A stretch of 35,250 nt of DNA, taken from NCBI GenBank assembly GCA_017989795.1, contig JAGNPC010000001.1:1-35250 (forward strand), given 5' to 3'. Both the position numbers and the translations under genes were made by a program. Under the pieces are notes generated by a model, which worked only from the letters and a program-made list of their open reading frames with translations, was not told the DNA's origin and searched no databases. This document shows positions 30,375 to 35,250 of the stretch, one piece after another. This DNA is from Paludibacter sp. (GTDB lineage Bacteria; Bacteroidota; Bacteroidia; Bacteroidales; Paludibacteraceae). Position 1 is the stretch's first letter; each line of letters opens with the position of its first letter.

Positions 30375-30923
30375 ATGGAAATAATAAAAACGCCCATTGA
30401 AGGGCTCTTAATTATAAAACCTCGTGTGTTTGCTGACGCACGCGGTTTTTTTATTGAATCGTATAACGAAGCAAGGTATCGTGAAGCTGGTGTTGATGTC
30501 TCTTTCTGCCAGGATAATCTATCGAAATCGCAGTATGGGGTTATACGTGGGTTGCACTATCAACTAGCGCCTCACAGTCAGTCGAAGTTGGTGTCGGTGG
30601 TCCTGGGCACTGTTTGGGATGTGGCCGTCGATTTGCGAAAAGGCTCTGCTACCTATGGACAATGGTATGGTGTAGAGTTGAATGATGTGGAGAAAACACA
30701 ATTCTTTGTTCCTAAGGGATTTGCTCATGGTTTTTCGGTACTTAGCGAAACGGCAATTTTTTCCTATAAGTGCGACGATTTATACAATCCTCATTTAGAG
30801 CGTGGGTTAATGTATAATGATCCCACTTTAAATATTGATTGGAAAATACCTGCTGAAAAGGCTTTAATTTCGGATAAAGATTTAAAGCATCCCTTTTTAG
30901 CTGATGTGGACACAAATTTTTGA
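30375..30923 (+). CDS. rfbC: dTDP-4-dehydrorhamnose 3,5-epimerase
   Basis: DARGFF, RGLHYQ, DVAVDLRKGS and GFAHGF motifs. Confidence 0.98.
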   Translation: MEIIKTPIEGLLIIKPRVFADARGFFIESYNEARYREAGVDVSFCQDNLSKSQYGVIRGLHYQLAPHSQSKLVSVVLGTVWDVAVDLRKGSATYGQWYGVELNDVEKTQFFVPKGFAHGFSVLSETAIFSYKCDDLYNPHLERGLMYNDPTLNIDWKIPAEKALISDKDLKHPFLADVDTNF

Positions 30924-30944
30924 TAAATAGTAAAATCCAATAAA

Positions 30945-31805
30945 ATGAATATTTTAGTTACCGGGAGCAATGGCCAATTGGGAAATGAGATTAGAGTTGC
31001 TTCTAAATTGTTTCCAGTTTTTAATTACTTTTTTACTGATGTAGCAGAATTGGATATTTGTAATAAGTTGGCGCTTGAGGTGTTTGTGAAACAAAATGGC
31101 ATTCACGCTATTGTAAACTGTGCCGCATACACAGCAGTTGATAAGGCCGAAGATGATATTGAATTATGTTATCGAATTAATCGAGATGCTGTACGAAATA
31201 TTGCCGAAGTAGCTGCTTTAGGCAATGTAAAGGTTATTCATGTATCTACCGATTATGTTTTTGATGGAACAAGTCATGTTCCACTTACTGAGGAAATGTC
31301 AACAGCTGCTTTGGGTATTTATGGAAAGTCCAAGCTGGAAGGGGAAAATGAGTTGCTTTCAACTTGTTCTAGTGCTGTTGTGGTACGCACATCATGGCTT
31401 TATTCATCATTTGGAGCCAATTTTGTAAAGACGATGATTAAATTAGGTACTGAGCGCGATACCCTAAATGTTATTTTTGATCAAGTAGGTACGCCAACCT
31501 ATGCTGCTGATTTAGCTCAGGCAATTTTGCAAATTCTTCAATCTGATCAATTTGTATCGGGCATCTATCATTATTCGAACGAAGGTGTATGTAGCTGGTA
31601 CGATTTTACAAAAAAAATTCATAAACTTGCCGGTGTTAGCTGTCAAGTGAAGCCGATCGAAACCAAAGATTATCCTACTCGTACACCGCGTCCGCATTAC
31701 AGCGTGCTCAATAAATCCAAGATTAAAGCAGTATATGGAATTGAAATTCCATATTGGGAAGATAGCTTGGAGAAATGTATAGTGTTATTAAATGCTTCTA
31801 AATAG
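30945..31805 (+). CDS. rfbD: dTDP-4-dehydrorhamnose reductase
   Basis: GSNGQLG, NCAAYTAVDKAE, STDYVFDG and YGKSK motifs. Confidence 0.98.
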   Translation: MNILVTGSNGQLGNEIRVASKLFPVFNYFFTDVAELDICNKLALEVFVKQNGIHAIVNCAAYTAVDKAEDDIELCYRINRDAVRNIAEVAALGNVKVIHVSTDYVFDGTSHVPLTEEMSTAALGIYGKSKLEGENELLSTCSSAVVVRTSWLYSSFGANFVKTMIKLGTERDTLNVIFDQVGTPTYAADLAQAILQILQSDQFVSGIYHYSNEGVCSWYDFTKKIHKLAGVSCQVKPIETKDYPTRTPRPHYSVLNKSKIKAVYGIEIPYWEDSLEKCIVLLNASK

Positions 31806-31851
31806 GTGTTGATTTAATTGTCACGGAAATATCTTAGATGGCGTAGCTTGT

Positions 31852-32370
31852 TTACAGTTCAAGTAATCCACTTGGTAGATCTACTGTAATGCGTTTTTTG
31901 TCGTGGTCAATTTCTTGTATGTATTCTTCGCCCACAGGTATAAGAAGTTCGTCGTCATCAGTGGGGATTACAAATAGCGTATTCTCAGTTGTTTGATCAA
32001 CTTCCGAAATGACGCCAATTTCACCAGCATTTACATCGATAAGTGTAAATCCTACAAAATAATCGAGTTCAATTTCATCTGCCTCAACTTTGTCGAGGTA
32101 GGTTTTAGGTAAATAGACAGGCTGGTTAGAGAACTGACGGGCTTTGTCCTCGTTGTCTATATCTTGAAGTTTGATAAGTGCTGTTTGGCTTGATTTGAAA
32201 CGGTATTCGTCAATAAAAAAGGGTACAAATATTCCTTGCATTTCAATTACAATATAAGGTGCTTTTTGTGTGTCGAATACATCGCTAGTGAAACTGAATG
32301 ACATTTCGCCATGAATGCCATGTGGTTTAATAATTTGCCCAATAGGGAATAGCTCGTCTTTTAAAATCAT
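31852..32370 (-). CDS. rimM: Ribosome maturation factor RimM
   Basis: IGQIIKPHGIHGE at the N-terminus, and a PRC-barrel C-terminus (LLIP...I.EID...I.VDLPSGLLEL). Confidence 0.95.
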   Translation of the reverse strand: MILKDELFPIGQIIKPHGIHGEMSFSFTSDVFDTQKAPYIVIEMQGIFVPFFIDEYRFKSSQTALIKLQDIDNEDKARQFSNQPVYLPKTYLDKVEADEIELDYFVGFTLIDVNAGEIGVISEVDQTTENTLFVIPTDDDELLIPVGEEYIQEIDHDKKRITVDLPSGLLEL

Positions 32371-32436
32371 AAATATACCTATTGTTGTTTTTTTTTGCTT
32401 ATTAATACAGCAATTGTTTGCTTAATGGATAAGTTG

Positions 32437-32444
32437 CAAAGGTA
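32437..32444 (-). promoter_or_regulatory. Sigma-A -7 box for rimM
   Basis: TACCTTTG(C) on the minus strand, about 66 nt upstream of the rimM ATG. Confidence 0.7.
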
Positions 32445-32477
32445 GCAAAATGAAATGAACAAGACAAGGTTTTGATG

Positions 32478-32526
32478 TACATATTCCGGTGATACCCGTT
32501 CACGTTTTCCGGTGATATCCGTTCAC
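32478..32526. repeat. IS21 right end (IRR): two tandem transposase-binding repeats
   Basis: TTCCGGTGATACCCGTTCAC (32484-32503) and TTCCGGTGATATCCGTTCAC (32507-32526). Confidence 0.9.
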
Positions 32527-32559
32527 TATTTGTTCAAAAACGATTAGGCAGATGTAAAA

Positions 32560-33279
32560 TTAATACTTTTTTCTTAGACTTTCTCCTTTTAATTGAAATC
32601 GTATTGATTTATGAACGATTCTGTCTAAACAGGATTCCGCAATCAATTCATTTCCAATAACCGCATACCAATCATTTACTGGTAATTGACTGGATATTAT
32701 CAATGCTTTTTTTCGATATCTGTCATCAACAATCTGTTGAAAGTCGTTTTGTTGCTGCCCCTCTAGTACTTTCATGCCAAAGTCATCAATGATTAACATG
32801 TCCACCCGTGAGAGTTTTTCCATGAATCGTATTTCTTGTCCTTGCAATCGTTCGAGTTTAATTCTGTCTAATAACTTTTGCAGGGTGAAAAACACGACAT
32901 TAAATCCCAATCTACATGCTCTATCGCCCAATGCAACAGCCAGATAGGTTTTTCCAGTTCCTGTTGGTCCGTTGATAACAATTGTTTGTCCATTACGCAC
33001 AAATTCACATGTCCCTAACTGCGCCACAGTAGTTGCGTCAACACCTCTGGCGGTATCATAATCCAACTCCTCAAAGGAGGCTGGATAAGGAAACATGGCT
33101 TCTTTTAGCAGTCTAGCAATACGGTTTGTTTTTCGGGTGTCTTGTTCGGTTTGCAACATAAGTTGGAGTCCATCAAGGAGTGAGAGTTTGTCGGCTCTGC
33201 GTGTTTCGCAAAGGGATGTCCAACAATCGGCCATCCCTGGAAGCTTCAGTTTGTGAAGCGATTTTTCAATTTCTTGCAT
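32560..33279 (-). CDS. istB: IS21 helper AAA+ ATPase IstB
   Basis: Walker A GPTGTGKT, Walker B LIIDDFG, and the DRIVH...L.GESLRK motif. The likely start is ATG 33279 (MQEIEK). Confidence 0.96.
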   Translation of the reverse strand: MQEIEKSLHKLKLPGMADCWTSLCETRRADKLSLLDGLQLMLQTEQDTRKTNRIARLLKEAMFPYPASFEELDYDTARGVDATTVAQLGTCEFVRNGQTIVINGPTGTGKTYLAVALGDRACRLGFNVVFFTLQKLLDRIKLERLQGQEIRFMEKLSRVDMLIIDDFGMKVLEGQQQNDFQQIVDDRYRKKALIISSQLPVNDWYAVIGNELIAESCLDRIVHKSIRFQLKGESLRKKY

Positions 33280-33298
33280 ACAATGATTTTTTAATTGA

Positions 33299-34870
33299 TT
33301 ATTTAAAATATGAGTTTCCTCGCATATTTTCATGATTAGTTGGCTGTGGATTAATACGTTTCTCGTTTTCGCTTTGTGATTTAGCCACATTGATATTGCT
33401 GATTACATTTTGCAGGAACTTACCCGAGTACGACTTGTTTTGGATCGCAATCTGGCAGGCTTGTTCAAAATCGGCTATTGGTGTTTTTCTACCTATCGAG
33501 AGCATATAATCACAGGTTTTGTATTTGAACTCTGGTGGAATGTTACGTTGTTCCAAATCCAGAAACATGTCCGATACAAGTTGCTTAAATACAGAACTTT
33601 GCTTTTCAGCCTTTTCTTGATAATAGTCCGGCGAACGGCTTAAAATAGCGTTGGAATTGGATGCCAGATGTTCTTTTTTGTGTGTATGCCCAAAGCCAAA
33701 GTGGCGCTCATGTGTAGCCACTAATTCACCGTTTACAAAGATCTTGACCAATGTGCGGGTGTAAATAACATGACTTCGTTTTCCGATATGGACAAAAGGA
33801 ACCGAGTAGTAATGTTTGTCGCGTGCCAAATAAACAAATCCGTCGTTACGCACTTGCAAATCGCAGCTAAACTTCATTTCATAAGGCTGTTCGGGCAAAG
33901 GGGATAGGGTCTGCTTCTCTACGGCAAAGAATTGCTCTTGACGACTATATGGACGTTGTTGCATGCGTGTCTGATTGTGTTCAAGCATTTTCTGCGATAC
34001 AGCCTCATTCAACTCCTCCAATGAATAAAAAGTGGTGTTGCGTAGCTTGGCATACACCCGCCTGTAAATAATCTTCACCTGGTTCTCTACCAATGCCTTG
34101 TGTGTAGGAGAATAAGGGCGAGTGGGGATGGTTACAAAATGATAGTAATTACCCATGTCTTCCAATGCTTTGTTGAGTGTTGGTTCGTACTTATCCGCCT
34201 TTATTACAGCCGATTTAAGGTTGTCTGTTACCAAAATCTTAGGTACGCCCCCTATGGCTTCCATGCACTTGGAAATGGCATATAGGAAATCTTCCACTCG
34301 TTGTGTTGGAATACAAAGCGCGAAGGCGTAATCCGAATAAGGTAAACAAGCCACAAATACCTGTACCTTAACCACTTCACCTGTTTCTGTGTTTGCGTAT
34401 TGCAATGTATCGCCCGCAAAATCGACATACACCTTCTCGCCTGGAACGTATGTACCAGTCAATACCGTTGTAGGCGTACAGGCTGCCAATTGTTGTTTTA
34501 AGTGATGGAAAAACTGTGACTTACGATAACCATCAGGATGCTTGGCAATGTAATCCTGCCAAACCAAAAAACGCGTTACATGTTTATGCCCTAACGAGAT
34601 CTTAAAATGGGGCAACTCATCCAGAAACGTTTGATGCCGATAATCGGTGTATGCAGGATTTCCTGCTCTGAAGCGTGCTTCAAGTTCTGGATCTTCCATT
34701 TTCAATACATCTCTGAGCGACAATGGATCATTCCCAAAGAATCGAACATAATTATTTACCGTCTCTTTGTTTATATCCAAATCCTTGGCGATTTGACGGT
34801 TAGATACGCCGTTCTCACTCAATTGGAGAACTTGTTTTATTCTACTCATACTTGCTGATTTTCCTGCCAT
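33299..34870 (-). CDS. istA: IS21 DDE transposase IstA
   Basis: N-terminal HTH (SNRQIAKDLDINKETV), then VDFAG, GGVPKILVTDNLKSAV, KALVEN and HYYSVP motifs. The likely start is ATG 34870 (MAGK). Confidence 0.96.
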   Translation of the reverse strand: MAGKSASMSRIKQVLQLSENGVSNRQIAKDLDINKETVNNYVRFFGNDPLSLRDVLKMEDPELEARFRAGNPAYTDYRHQTFLDELPHFKISLGHKHVTRFLVWQDYIAKHPDGYRKSQFFHHLKQQLAACTPTTVLTGTYVPGEKVYVDFAGDTLQYANTETGEVVKVQVFVACLPYSDYAFALCIPTQRVEDFLYAISKCMEAIGGVPKILVTDNLKSAVIKADKYEPTLNKALEDMGNYYHFVTIPTRPYSPTHKALVENQVKIIYRRVYAKLRNTTFYSLEELNEAVSQKMLEHNQTRMQQRPYSRQEQFFAVEKQTLSPLPEQPYEMKFSCDLQVRNDGFVYLARDKHYYSVPFVHIGKRSHVIYTRTLVKIFVNGELVATHERHFGFGHTHKKEHLASNSNAILSRSPDYYQEKAEKQSSVFKQLVSDMFLDLEQRNIPPEFKYKTCDYMLSIGRKTPIADFEQACQIAIQNKSYSGKFLQNVISNINVAKSQSENEKRINPQPTNHENMRGNSYFK

Positions 34871-34904
34871 ATTACCTTTGCTTTGTTGGGTGATTTTAAA
34901 GATG

Positions 34905-34912
34905 CAAAGGTA
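34905..34912 (-). promoter_or_regulatory. Inward (istA) promoter -7 box
   Basis: TACCTTTG(C) on the minus strand, about 35 nt upstream of the istA ATG. Confidence 0.6.
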
Positions 34913-34927
34913 CAAGTGAATGTTCGA

Positions 34928-35249
34928 GTGAACGGATATGCTCCGGAAAATGAAAAGTGCCAATCCGTGAACGGGTATGCTCCGGAAAGTGCTGATAACA
35001 AAACTACTAATTTCAAAAAGTGAACGGGCATGCTCCGGAAAATAGATGATTTTCGCTCGCCGAAAATAGGGTGAACGGGCATGCTCCGGAATTTGGGGAA
35101 TTTTGTTGCAGTTTTTTGTCTTTTCATCCTGTTTGAAGCCTATTTTTAGCGCAAATGGACATAAAAAACGTGGTTTTGAATGGTCAACTTTCAGTTTAAA
35201 ACTGAAAAAATTCTATTCGAAAGTGGGTGGGTATGCTCCGGAATATGCA
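34928..35249. repeat. IS21 left end (IRL): five copies of a roughly 21-bp repeat
   Basis: GTGAACGG(A/G)(T/C)ATGCTCCGGAA at 34928, 34967, 35020 and 35071, plus the terminal variant GTGGGTGGGTATGCTCCGGAATATGCA at 35223-35249. Confidence 0.92.
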
Positions 35250-35250
35250 T

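Larger units (their letters stand above)
32478..35249 (-). mobile_element. IS21-family insertion sequence, apparently complete (about 2.77 kb)
   Basis: istA and istB are bracketed by terminal inverted repeats TGCATATTCCGG (35249 inward, minus strand) and TACATATTCCGG (32478), with multiple internal repeats. The low-coordinate boundary could instead be 32476 (TG). Confidence 0.93.

Noticed and set aside
33280-33390. Programmed istA-istB frameshift fusion
   Set aside because: The upstream extension of the istB frame is +1 relative to istA, and I found no canonical slippery heptamer. A good ATG exists at 33279.
34928-35091. CRISPR-like array of four roughly 21-bp repeats
   Set aside because: The spacers are short and unequal, the repeats match the IS terminal inverted repeats at both ends, and there are no cas genes. 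They are IS21 transposase-binding sites.
34846-35127. 93-aa minus-strand ORF with repeated FRSMPVH / SGAYPF
   Set aside because: It is simply the translation of the IS end repeats.

Overview
This window looks like a Bacteroidia (Bacteroidales-like) chromosomal segment, judging by its AT richness, TAnnTTTG promoters, near absence of Shine-Dalgarno sequences and gene order. It opens with the 3' end of a PstS-like substrate-binding protein gene, then a TPR protein, a small membrane protein, a KUP K+ transporter and a 58-aa winged-helix protein missed by the ORF track. Next is the fused str-S10-spc-alpha supercluster (rpsL to rplQ, no tuf or adk), with an internal terminator and promoter before rpsH. 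After it come an acyltransferase, xth, a beta-propeller lipoprotein, rplY-pth-hslR-hypothetical, rfbA-rfbC-rfbD, rimM, and an apparently complete IS21-family element ending 1 nt before the window edge. The protein genes are mostly ordinary housekeeping genes. The most interesting signal is non-coding: three ribosomal-protein leaders each appear to mimic the rRNA binding site of the downstream protein. These are a 5S loop E mimic before rplY (L25), a 16S helix-43 mimic before rpsG (S7) and a 16S helix-18 pseudoknot mimic before rpsD (S4). The IS21 left end also carries face-to-face promoter boxes that form an inverted repeat next to the istA start. All structures were read by eye; no folding or database search was run.
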